Part shown: piece by piece, positions 9,401 through 18,900 of the stretch | How positions within the stretch are numbered: the stretch's first letter is position 1 | Layout of the letters: each line of letters opens with the position of its first letter | NCBI GenBank assembly: GCA_016700315.1 | Contig: CP065013.1 | Coordinates: 129,449-193,448, forward strand | Length of the DNA: 64,000 nt | Direction: 5' to 3' | From: Candidatus Saccharimonadota bacterium | GTDB lineage: Bacteria > Patescibacteriota > Saccharimonadia > Saccharimonadales > SZUA-47 | Notes under the pieces: model-generated | What the model saw: only the letters and a program-made list of their open reading frames with translations | Told to the model about the DNA's origin: nothing | Database searches by the model: none | Program-made: the position numbers and the translations under genes

Positions 9401-12400
9401 AAGTTCCGGTAAAACCACCGACGATATAGATTCGACCACCAAATGTCGTAACCCCTGGAGCGCCTATAGACTGAGGCAAACTTACCGAACTAACGCAGTA
9501 GGAGTGATAATAGGTACCGGCACAAGTCGTTGGCTTTCTTAGTAATCCGTCACTTCCGATCGCCTGATACGTTATACCAGTTGACTGAGTATCGCAGGAA
9601 TTATTAGTACAGCCGCCCATAATATATAAGTGACCATTCATTACAACTGAAGCATTGAGCATATTACCGACCACCACCGTACCGCTGGGTATACTACAGC
9701 TATAGGGATCGGTGCCCGAGCAAGGTGATGTTGGGCTAGCCGTGTTATTGGCAACTGAAGTTGCAACCGTACTAGCTTCGCCATCTGGATTAATTTGCCC
9801 ATAGTCTACGTCTAGTGCCGTATCCGTGCACGCTCCGCCCGCAAACGATCGGCACCCACCCAGCCGATATAAACCCTCTTGCCAGGAAATAAACGTGTAG
9901 CCGATTCTGTCATTACTAAGGCCAATAATTGTATTAAATGGCGCCAGGCTACCGTCGGCGTTGATCGAGGCAAGCTGAACATCAGATAGAATAGAAGTAC
10001 ACTCGCCTGAGCTGTTGACTGTCGCACACCCTCCTCCTACATAAACGTAGCCCCCAATGATTGTGCTAAACGATCCCCCTACCGTCTGTCTCCCAGATGT
10101 GATAAGGCTACTTGTCGACTGCCAAGCGTTCATTGTGCCGTCACTATTCAGTTTAGAATACTGTACTGTCGAGATACCGCTCGACGAACCGCTTCCGTTA
10201 AAGGTACTATCACCGCCTATGATATATAGGGTGCTGTTATAGACTTGCACAGTGTTACCAAATCTGGCCGGCGATAAGGCCTGCATACCCGTAGAAGTCC
10301 AAGAGGTCAATGTGCCAGTAGGCTTGATGTCTGCGTATTGAACAGTATTAGAGCTGAGTATCGACGTACTGGTTGTGAGCCCGCCCATAATATATAGACG
10401 ATTATTAAATGCAACGGCCCCAAAGAAACTTCGAGCGTTAGATAGAGCTGTGTCAGTGTACCAGTATATCGGCGTCCCCCCGGACGGATGCCAGAGTTGA
10501 GGCTCGCCGTTGGCTCCTAGTTTTGCTATATATACTGTAGTTTGCGGAGCATTACTACTGTTAGAACCGCCGATTGCGTACAAATAGCCATTGTAGGCGA
10601 CAAGCGACAGGCCCTTAAGAGCGGCAGGTAAATTATAGACACTTTCGTTACACCACCCGCTACACTGTGTGCCATCTCCCTCGGGATCGGGCGACTCAAT
10701 ATCGCGATTCACGGTATCAAATTTTGCCCAGTTAACTGTGTCTGTAATTGTTCCTGGCGTTGTGTACGAGATAAGCACTATTCCGTTATCGCCCGCTGTA
10801 CCGCCAGATGTAGAAGTTCCGCCGGTTCCGCCGTCACCAAGCCCACCCCTATCACTATCTGAACTATTGCCCGGGGTTTGGCCAGAGCCGGCTGTCTCGA
10901 CAGTGCTAGAACCAGTCACCAGCGAACTACCACCACCGCCACCACCGCCACCGCGGTTATTGGTGGTGGTACTACCGCCACCGCCACCGCCGTAACGACC
11001 ACCGCCACCGCCACCGCCATTTGAACAGCTAGAAGTATCATTACCATCGGCTCCACCCGCTCCAAAACCACCATTTCCACCAGTATCCCCAGCCTCCATT
11101 GCATCGTTACAGGTAGCGGCATCCGAACCAGCGCCGTTACCGCCGGCATTTGCAACACCCGCAGCGCCGGCCGTACCACTTGTGCCAGCAGCGCCGGCCG
11201 TACCGCCAGCAGAGCTTGTGCCAGCGCCACCAGCGCCACCTGCCGAGGAGCCTTCACCAACGCTTCCAGGTAATCCGGAGCTTCCGCCGCCCGCACCACC
11301 AGCACCACCGTCTCCAGTGCTGTTGCCACGTGATCCACCGCCACCGCCACCGCCACCCGCCTGGACTAGATATGTGCCACTCCTTTGTACCGCCGAAAAA
11401 CCACCACCGTTACCGCCACCACTGGAGACGGTACCACTATCAGCACCTCCTGAACCGACCGTGACTGTTAGTCCCTCACCTGGTGTTGTAGCAATTACAG
11501 CTTTTGCGTATCCGCCACCGCCGCCATTACCGCCGATACCACTACTTCCACTACCATTTCCCCCAGCGCCGCCACCGCCCCAAGCCTTAACAGTAACGAA
11601 GCTCACACCAGCCGGCACAGTGTATGTACTAGAACCAGCCGTGTTATACGTAGTAGTGTTTGTCGTTCCAGAGCCTATGCCTCCGGCCGAGTATATGTAA
11701 CCATTGGCAACTGCAGTCCCCTGCTGCCAAACAGCATTGGTTAAGTTTGTAGTGCTTGACCACTCATCTATACGCGCACCAGTTGTCTGGGCCTTTTGAA
11801 TTAGCTCGTTCGCAACATCAAAATCCGTATTCGTCTCGTTATTGCCCCGCATTAGCTTAGCGGCTGTTTCTATATAGATTGTTGGGTCGATAGACAAAGG
11901 GTACCGCGCGCTACTCAGTCCGCTTGCCCGTACTCTCAGCAAATTACCGTCTAGCTCATACCAAGTTTTTACTTGAGACTTCTTTACTCCTGATTCTTTT
12001 ACGATAGGTGCAGGTATAGCGAACAAAAGTTTAGTTTTTTTACTATTTTGTCGTGCTTTTTGCAACAGTTCTGCATCCGCATCACTAGCCGTAGACACAT
12101 TTCCAAGTAGTCCATTATCCACTCCAAAAATACCTATTGAGTTATCGTCGAGCAGTCGTGCTTCCATTGACTCAGATAAATTGATGTTGTAGTCAAATGT
12201 CATTTCGTCGCTTTGTTTCTCAAACAAGATGATATCTTCTTTGACAGAAGCGGCTCTTACTGAATACACAACGCTCGCAGATCGACCTCGAATCGGATAT
12301 ACAAGTCTGTTTTTGTCCTGTTTTGGCATTTTTATCTTATATTTAGGAGTAAGTGTAATCGACACTTGGTTATCGACGTCTTTGGTTGTTACTGCCCCAC

Positions 12401-12878
12401 TTTGATCGGTTTTGAACTCGGCCGTAAACCTAGGCCCTGCCACTTGACCCGCTACCTCACCCAACGCGGTAGTAAACCCTTCATTGTATATATATGCCAT
12501 CTGCTCCGGTTTGTATGTAAGCTTCTCGGCATATAGATCATTTGGCCGTTCCAATAAACTTGCAACATTACCTCCTACGTTATAAGCATCCAGCGTCTTC
12601 TTCTGGTCATACAGCTCAAATACTATGCTAAATACTAAGATTGCTACCAGTAAGATGGCAATTAACCTGCTTGCGACCCTATGTCTTTGCCAGTAAGCCT
12701 TGACGGCATAGCCTGCAAAGCGCGAGGAATAACCCAACATCTGACGACTGCTCATTTGTCTTAGATGCTCTTCGAGCTGGCTATTTGTGCGGGCTGGAAC
12801 TTTATCTTTTTTTGACCAAAACTTTAGATTCTTCACCGAGCCACGTAATCTGGTCAACTTTATATTTTTGCCCCTCAT
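6450..12878 (-). CDS. Giant surface protein B (class 2): polyglycine-rich domain plus ~17 Kelch-like blades
   Basis: ORF of 2,142 aa with TM helix LIAILLVAILVFSIVF. Carries YTVPAGVSFVTVKAWGGGGAGG followed by about 290 aa of Gly runs. Blade motifs recur (YNGYLYAIGG, NNRLYIMGG, NGHLYIMGG, GGRIYIVGG, YNGYLYVTGGYDG and others). The C-terminal tail is KRLRHGKTFTGGEQQPL. Confidence 0.8.
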   Translation of the reverse strand: MRGKNIKLTRLRGSVKNLKFWSKKDKVPARTNSQLEEHLRQMSSRQMLGYSSRFAGYAVKAYWQRHRVASRLIAILLVAILVFSIVFELYDQKKTLDAYNVGGNVASLLERPNDLYAEKLTYKPEQMAYIYNEGFTTALGEVAGQVAGPRFTAEFKTDQSGAVTTKDVDNQVSITLTPKYKIKMPKQDKNRLVYPIRGRSASVVYSVRAASVKEDIILFEKQSDEMTFDYNINLSESMEARLLDDNSIGIFGVDNGLLGNVSTASDADAELLQKARQNSKKTKLLFAIPAPIVKESGVKKSQVKTWYELDGNLLRVRASGLSSARYPLSIDPTIYIETAAKLMRGNNETNTDFDVANELIQKAQTTGARIDEWSSTTNLTNAVWQQGTAVANGYIYSAGGIGSGTTNTTTYNTAGSSTYTVPAGVSFVTVKAWGGGGAGGNGSGSSGIGGNGGGGGYAKAVIATTPGEGLTVTVGSGGADSGTVSSGGGNGGGFSAVQRSGTYLVQAGGGGGGGGSRGNSTGDGGAGGAGGGSSGLPGSVGEGSSAGGAGGAGTSSAGGTAGAAGTSGTAGAAGVANAGGNGAGSDAATCNDAMEAGDTGGNGGFGAGGADGNDTSSCSNGGGGGGGRYGGGGGGSTTTNNRGGGGGGGGSSLVTGSSTVETAGSGQTPGNSSDSDRGGLGDGGTGGTSTSGGTAGDNGIVLISYTTPGTITDTVNWAKFDTVNRDIESPDPEGDGTQCSGWCNESVYNLPAALKGLSLVAYNGYLYAIGGSNSSNAPQTTVYIAKLGANGEPQLWHPSGGTPIYWYTDTALSNARSFFGAVAFNNRLYIMGGLTTSTSILSSNTVQYADIKPTGTLTSWTSTGMQALSPARFGNTVQVYNSTLYIIGGDSTFNGSGSSSGISTVQYSKLNSDGTMNAWQSTSSLITSGRQTVGGSFSTIIGGYVYVGGGCATVNSSGECTSILSDVQLASINADGSLAPFNTIIGLSNDRIGYTFISWQEGLYRLGGCRSFAGGACTDTALDVDYGQINPDGEASTVATSVANNTASPTSPCSGTDPYSCSIPSGTVVVGNMLNASVVMNGHLYIMGGCTNNSCDTQSTGITYQAIGSDGLLRKPTTCAGTYYHSYCVSSVSLPQSIGAPGVTTFGGRIYIVGGFTGTSIATNIRYVTVNYDGSLGDWQSADLTTIGASDISYAFAYARANPSSAGSTPGHLFIFGGCSSTTSGPGCGGYTDSVVKCNISTSGAPSGCTETGQTQIGTPSGAGSPGLGAHAGAVYANYIYLMGGLGDGVTDLTEVRYAKFDDNNNVVESDGAGTASWTVSANEILVGRRRGSGFGYNGYLYVTGGYDGTDALADIEFAQIDVSTGDIGVWEASSVTINRRWGLTVPVSNSFAYVIGGCTAGAAPSSCSSRTNDIQTFQIYNNDSGAPVLYSASANQFATDRFGSSSAVVGGYLYVAGGCTSTADCTTATDSVQYAPIDIYGNVGSWTAGGNLPAVRAWGQLEVAGGTLYYVGGQSSTASDERPEIYYATPSGGAVTWSTVGSSNDLPDGRTQHSATVWNNRIYVAGGIAETGGAVSNVVYVSPDLSAGGNIASSWTTTTSFDVARSGSTLVAYANNLYLMGGYDGTNYLNDVQFTQINTDGSVDAWTFSTALPNSIRQADGFAANGYIYLIGGRSSNTNCASNTFVAPISANTTIASGNNPTGVGDWFETNSRYSGKRYGNSVSYYQGKYYLTGGVCDGFPTISNLLTQTFSTAATAHGVTMPSAVDSGDLLLMLFTNDIAAAGTTTTTPTGWSNVHGTAGVSNNQVRVNIYAKVADGTEDGASVDVPTSVAEEAAVHVYRIKSGEWSGTLAGVEASVASNANTSTPNPASLDPGAWGTENTLWIAYAGGSSFNSVTTYPSGFNGGVHSQSNTGTGGATVSSAWQESASASVDPGSFTMNAANDSSAFTIAIRPASFSFTGSNRTLQTAVYSQPQVAIYSRMIDTDTDVFPNSWLMNGIDNSIGARWQATYRSMHDPNDGAVNPAEDCGTSATMATMTTWGQETNYGNVTLGDVASYTPKDSTGGNINCARYYYFYVSIDASQTFGYPEDVNRGPTISDLSLFFTSDPSKRLRHGKTFTGGEQQPLDAPCRQSVDANCPLP

Positions 12879-12934
12879 AACTTAAGCATTATTGTAGCAA
12901 GAAAATTGCTTCAAATATAGAGATTAGCTAGAGG

Positions 12935-15900
12935 TTAGCGGCCGGTGGTTACAAAGTTGAGTGTCGATACGTAAGCATTAGCGTTGCTATTGGCCTTGAC
13001 GTTGATCTTGAAGATCACGAAACCACTGGCCGCCGATGAGCTAAAGCTACAACCCGTTGACTCATTACCGTTAACACCGACCGTGTACCATGTATTTGCT
13101 GATCCGGCGCCGGCGCCGGCAACTGTTGTTTCGGTACCGCAGGCTGTAATAGTGCCGCCGACGCTCTTGTACATTTCATACGAGACGGTGGCATTTGTGA
13201 TGTTGTCGACTCGGCCTGTCAACTTGACCGTATCGTCGTTGCTAAAGCCGTTGAACGTTGCTGGTAGCTGGTAGGTCACGTAGATTGAATACGTCTGGCT
13301 GGTAGCCTGCGGACTGGTCCATCGGTAGTAGTTTGCGGCTTTGACGGCCGGCGATCCCGTCCCGTCACAGAGTGAAGCGTTGACCTGCAGGACACCCGAT
13401 TGGTCGGCACAGAAGTCGGCGGTCATCGTACCAACACCCGAGCCATTGAGCACCGCACCAGCGTATTCAGGGTTTAGGTTGACGATATTGTCTGGAGCCG
13501 CACCACAAGCACCCCAACCGTCAGCTTCGTAACACTGAATACGTCCAGTTGATGTGTCGTAGTACATGGAGCCGAGGTAGGCATCGATGTTATCGGCAAT
13601 CGGTGCACCGTACGAGCGGTCAAGAGTAAGGAGGGTCGTTGGGCCACCTTTTTGGCCTCCACCAATTTGGACATTACTTGAGTTGTTGGTGTTGAGAGTC
13701 ACGGTAAGGGAGTCGACGTAGAATGTACGAGCCGCTGCTGAACCCTGGTAAATTACGACATCTGGATCAGAGATACCAGAACTTGGCGTGGTAAAGATAC
13801 AGGTCACCTTGGTCCAGGCAGTTGTCGAAACAGTTTGGGTGTTGTAGTCGGCACACTGTTGTGCGGTCACCGGCAACCCGCTGCCACCAGCCGGTAAGAA
13901 GCCAACTTTGATATCGCTAAATGCTGTCGAGCTCTTGGCGTAGAACGTGACCAAGTACTGCGTGCTGACTGACGGAGTCGTCTGCATATTGTTTCGTACG
14001 CCTTCACCCTGGGCGGAGCCAGCGGTTGTTGTCACAGCTACGGCGCCGGAGGTGTCGTAGATATTTGTCGTATCTCGGGTGACTGCCGAGGTACCCGCAC
14101 CACCATCGGCGTCGTATGCCTGCCAGTTAGTGCCAAGGGCAGCATCGACCTGACCATCAACAGCGTGGTTGCTGCTTGCATCGACAGTAACGCTAAAGTT
14201 ATCGATGTAGAAATCGTGTTCAACGGCGTCGGTATGCCGGAAGAAGATAGCGTTGGAAGCACCGACAGATGTAGGTGTGAACGTACAGTCAACACGAGTC
14301 CACTTGTTGTAGTAGATTGTCGCATCGCTACCACACTCGACAGCTGCCGCCGTCCCATCATTTGAGAAGTATGTTTCGAGCGTTGTGAATGTACCAGTCG
14401 AAGAGGTGTGGCGAGCAGTATAGCTAACTTTATATCGTAAGTTGGCGGTTAGGGCCGTGCTGAGGGTATTTTTTGCGCCAGTATTTGCAGTCGAGGTGGT
14501 ATCGACAAATACCGAGCCAACACCAGTAGCAATATTGTTACCCGCCGTGGTGTACCTGGTTACGCTAGGGCCAGTACCATGGGCAGCCCAGGCAGTGAAG
14601 GTTGAGCTTTCGGCACCACCGTTGCTAGCATATTCTGCTGCGTTGTTATTTACAGTAAATAAGTTAGATCCGATGGAAGTTTGCACTTCGAGCAGGCCAC
14701 CGGTGATGGCAGTTGTGGCATCGTTTCGAATTGTTAGACCACCAGTTCCGGTCGAGCTAAGAACAATTTCAGCATTACCTGCACTGGCGGCCGTGTTGTT
14801 GTAGGCGGCCTGAAGATCTGTTGAGCTTGATGCACCAGCCGCTGTCCAATCAGTTCCGTTCCAGAACATCGTAGCGGTTGAAGCGGGCTTCAGTGTGATT
14901 GACAGAGCTACGCCCACCGTATTAGCAGAGAGTGTTATGTCTACCGACCCACTGTTGGTTACATATATCACACGGCCCGCGGCAGATGCACCCAGTGTTG
15001 GGTCAGAGAGCGTAGCGATACGACCGGCAACATCACCACTGATCAGCACAGAGCCGAAGCTATCGATATTTGATTGAGTAATATTGGCGTTACCCGTGAA
15101 ATTCTGTACTGTCGCGGCTGAGTAGGTTGCGGTATCAATCACCACTAAGCCCTTCACGCCGGTACCACCACCAGAAGCACCACCTGCAATAACCACATTT
15201 CCACCATTGATGTTAGTCGTACTACCCGAACCACCCTGCAAAGTGAGCACGCCGCCCACGCCACCAGTTCCATTGCCAGTACCTGCTTGCACGGTTAAAT
15301 TATTACCAGCCGTGTTAAGTGTCGCTTGGTTCTCAACTCGTATTGTCCTTGAGGCACCGGAGCCAAAGCTTAAATCATAGCTTGGCGTAGCCGTCACAAT
15401 ACCGACTCTATTATTCGTAGCGTCAACAAAAAGGGTATTAGTATCCACTGCCAAGTCACCATCGGCTTGTATTTCTGCTCTTGTCGTTAGAGCATTAAGG
15501 CTGCTACCACTTGCTCCTGGTGCAGCAGTCCGGAACAGTATAGCTCCACCTACCCCAGTACCAGTTCCCTGACCTGCTGCAAGAGTAAAGTCAGCTCCAC
15601 CGATATTGGTGCCGGAGCCACCCGTGGCATGCAGGACAAAGTCGCGAGAGGCAGCGTTAGCGCTAGTCACACCTGAGCCGAAGTAGGCATCAGATATGAA
15701 CTCTGCACCTGTTCCACCAAGTACCAGCTGGTTGGCGGCCGTAGTTGTGGCTCTGGTTCCAAGTGCGATACTCGAGTAATTATTAGCAGACGAGTTACTA
15801 CCTAAAGCGAGTGCAGCTGATGCACCGAGAGAATTGTATCCGAGTGCTAAGGCATCCTGACCAGAGATAGCCCCGAAGCCTACTGCCACGGCGGCATCAG

Positions 15901-18900
15901 TGTTGCCGGTTGCGTTAACACCAAGTGCGACTGAATTAGTGCCAGGGGCATTTGCGCCATAGCCTAGTACGGTAGAGCCGTAGGTGTTTGCAACAGCTAG
16001 GTAGCCGATTGCAGTTGAGATATTACCGCCAGCTGAAGCACCGTTACCTAGCGCCACCGACTGACTACCGCCGGCTGTTGCCCCAGCACCAAAGCGTTCA
16101 CTACTCGAGCCAGCACCAGGGCAGCTTAGTGAGCCATTAGTGCCAGAGATAGTACAGGCTGTTTGTAGGGCGTTGAGTGATGAACCACTAGCACCGGCTG
16201 GGGCGTATTGGAAGGTAATGTTGCCACTAGTGCCAGTACCGGTTCCTTGGCCACTAGCGATTGTTAGACCAGCACCGGTGATGTTGGTGCCAGAACCGGA
16301 AGTACCTTGAAGGGTGAAGCCTTGTGGAGTTGCGTTAGTAGCTCCGTTACCAAAGTAGGCTTTGTAGGAAGTGTCTAGTGTAATACGGGTGATGTTATTG
16401 GTTTCAAAAGCTAGGGTGTAGGCATCGTTAGTACCAAGAGTAGCTGCAGCGGTGAAGCTATTGCCGTTCTGGACGAAAGCATTAGCGTTGACACAGTTGT
16501 TGAGGGTGAACAGACAGAAGGTGTCGTTGGCGGTGATGGCCGGAACGGTAACATCGTAGTTAGTAGCAGCAACTTGAGTAGCAGACTTAATAGTAATGGT
16601 GCTCGATGAACCGTCCGAAACAACCAGGCTGCCCGCCTGGGCGGCTGTTCCAAGAGTTGCCGTACCACCTGACACGGTTAAGTTTGTCCCCACTGTTGCC
16701 GAACCATCAACTGTCAGATTGAGCACCCCCGCTCCCGAATTCTGTAGAGCAAGAGTGGTGTTAGCGCCATCAACTAGATCAAAGCTAGTTGTACCAGCAG
16801 AGGTTCTCTGTAGTGTGGCTGAGTTAAGCAGTATTGACGATCCAGAAAGAGTAGTTATAGCTCCGGAATTACCGATGCTGGTTGCTGCTGTACCGGTAGT
16901 ATTTATAGTCGTTGCACCTAGTATATTGGTAGTCGATGCTGAGTTCCCGATGGCAATGGTCCCTGAGTTTGAAGTTGCTCCTATACTCGTGTTTGACGAG
17001 CCCGTGGCGTTAATACTGGTAGTGCCTAGAATTGTTAGCCCGCCAGTACCCTGGATCAAGCCAGTACCAGAGTTGACCCCAACCGCCGTCACAGCACCAG
17101 TGCTAGATACTTGGAAAGCATCACCCGTGCCCGCAAATAAGGTACCAGAAACATCCAGGTTGCCCGTAATTAAGGTGTCATTGCCGGCCGGTGCAATAGT
17201 CAAATCGCCCGCAGCAGTAGTTATATCACCACCATTTACTGCTAAGTCCCCACTAAGAGTTGAGTTGCCTGTGACGGCAAGCGTACCCCCTATTGTTTGA
17301 GATCCCGCTACGGCAAGCGTGCCGCTACCCAGGAAGTTATAGCTTGGGTTGGTTGACGCGTTACCAAACGATACATTCTCTGATCCGTTAGTAGTATTTA
17401 TGTTTATATAATTGTTTGTCGACTCTTGTAGGTCAAGGGCATCGGTGATGTTGTCGGTGAGGGAACTCGTTAGTGGTGTTGAACTACAGCTAGCTAGTTG
17501 GTTTGAGGTGTTTCGACAGAGGAATGTTGATGTGTCCGCTGTACCAAGTGTGGTCACAGCCAAAGTCCCATTAAACTGAGCGGCTAGGGTTGAGGTATCG
17601 CCTTGGAGTACACCACCGATTCTAAGCTCATTAGATACACCGGCAGCAGAGGCGTTGAGACCTGCGCCAATGATAATGTTATTGCTACCTGTCGTGGCAT
17701 TGGAGCCTGCACCCTGGCCCAAGAATAGGTTACTCGAACCAGTGCTTAGGTTGCCGGCATTGTAGCCTAGTGCCGTATTGTTAGTTCCCACAGATACAGA
17801 CGCGAGCGCCCCCGAACCCAGCGTTGTGTTCCCTGTCCCCGTCGAGACAGAGCCGAGTGCGCTCGCGCCTATACCTGTGTTATTTGCTCCGCTAGCCGTC
17901 GACCCACCGGCTGCGTTTCCGAAATACAAGCTACTTGCAGACACGTTAATACGCGCCAATTCTGTTCCCGAAGAGTTCTGGAACAAGACTAGCGGTACTG
18001 TTTGTGTAGCATTAGCTTCTACTATTAATTGATTCTGATCACTGCTACCGTCAACTTTTAGTTGTGAGGTGAAAGTTTTAGCACCAGCGAAAGTTTGAGA
18101 CGTTGTGCTCACAAGCCCTGGATAGGTTGCATCAGCATACTGCAGATACAGCGTCGTTCCTGAGATTCGGGCGCCGTTTGCAGATGTCGGTGTTGTGTCG
18201 ACAGCCCCGATCGTATCTACACCGGTGCTCGTAAATGATATTGTCTGAACCCAGGCAGTGCCGTTCCAAATAAACGACGCACTCTTACCAGAGGCGATTG
18301 GATTACCTTCGACTGTCAAGCTGTTAGCGCCAGTATTATTTATATATAGTATACGGCCGGCAGTTGCAGATGTTGGCGAGGCAAGTGTAAGGTCTACTCC
18401 GGTTGTTGAAGCTGATAGGTTTATTGTCGTCGCCACGTCAACTGTGCTCGCAGCCGAACCGACCGACCCGTCAGCACCAAAAGGCCCAGCTGTTATTGCG
18501 GTGAAAACCGTACTTCCGGCATTCGTGAAGGTATTGCCAGATGAGACGCTAAGATTACCAGTAAAGTTGGCGGCAGCATTCACCGTTAAGCTATCGGCTG
18601 CTGCATTGTTGCCAAGAGTCGTATTGCCGTCAACCTGCACATTGTTGGTCACGGTTAGGGCTGTACCAGCACCCGTAAGGCTAACACTACCCTGGAGTGT
18701 GGTTGTTATCCCGCTGTGCCCAAGTGTTATAGCGCTTGCATTAGTAGTTCCAAACAAAAGTTGTCCAGTCGTACCTGTTGCCGTTCCGGAATCGATAGAA
18801 ATGTTACCAGAGTTGCTCGTAGCGCCGGTTGCGTTTCCTGATTGAACAGTTATGTTGCTCGAATTAGTAGATGCAGTCGAAGTAGCAGCACTCTTAACGT

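Noticed and set aside
10669-11700. Proline-rich ORFs (10669-10995 +, 11182-11700 +) and other overlapping ORFs (11150-11464 +, Arg/His/Gln-rich, and 10916-11356 -, Ala/Val-rich)
   Set aside because: They are complements or alternative frames of the GGN-rich polyglycine region of giant B. GGN read on the opposite strand gives NCC, which encodes Pro. This is a compositional artefact.
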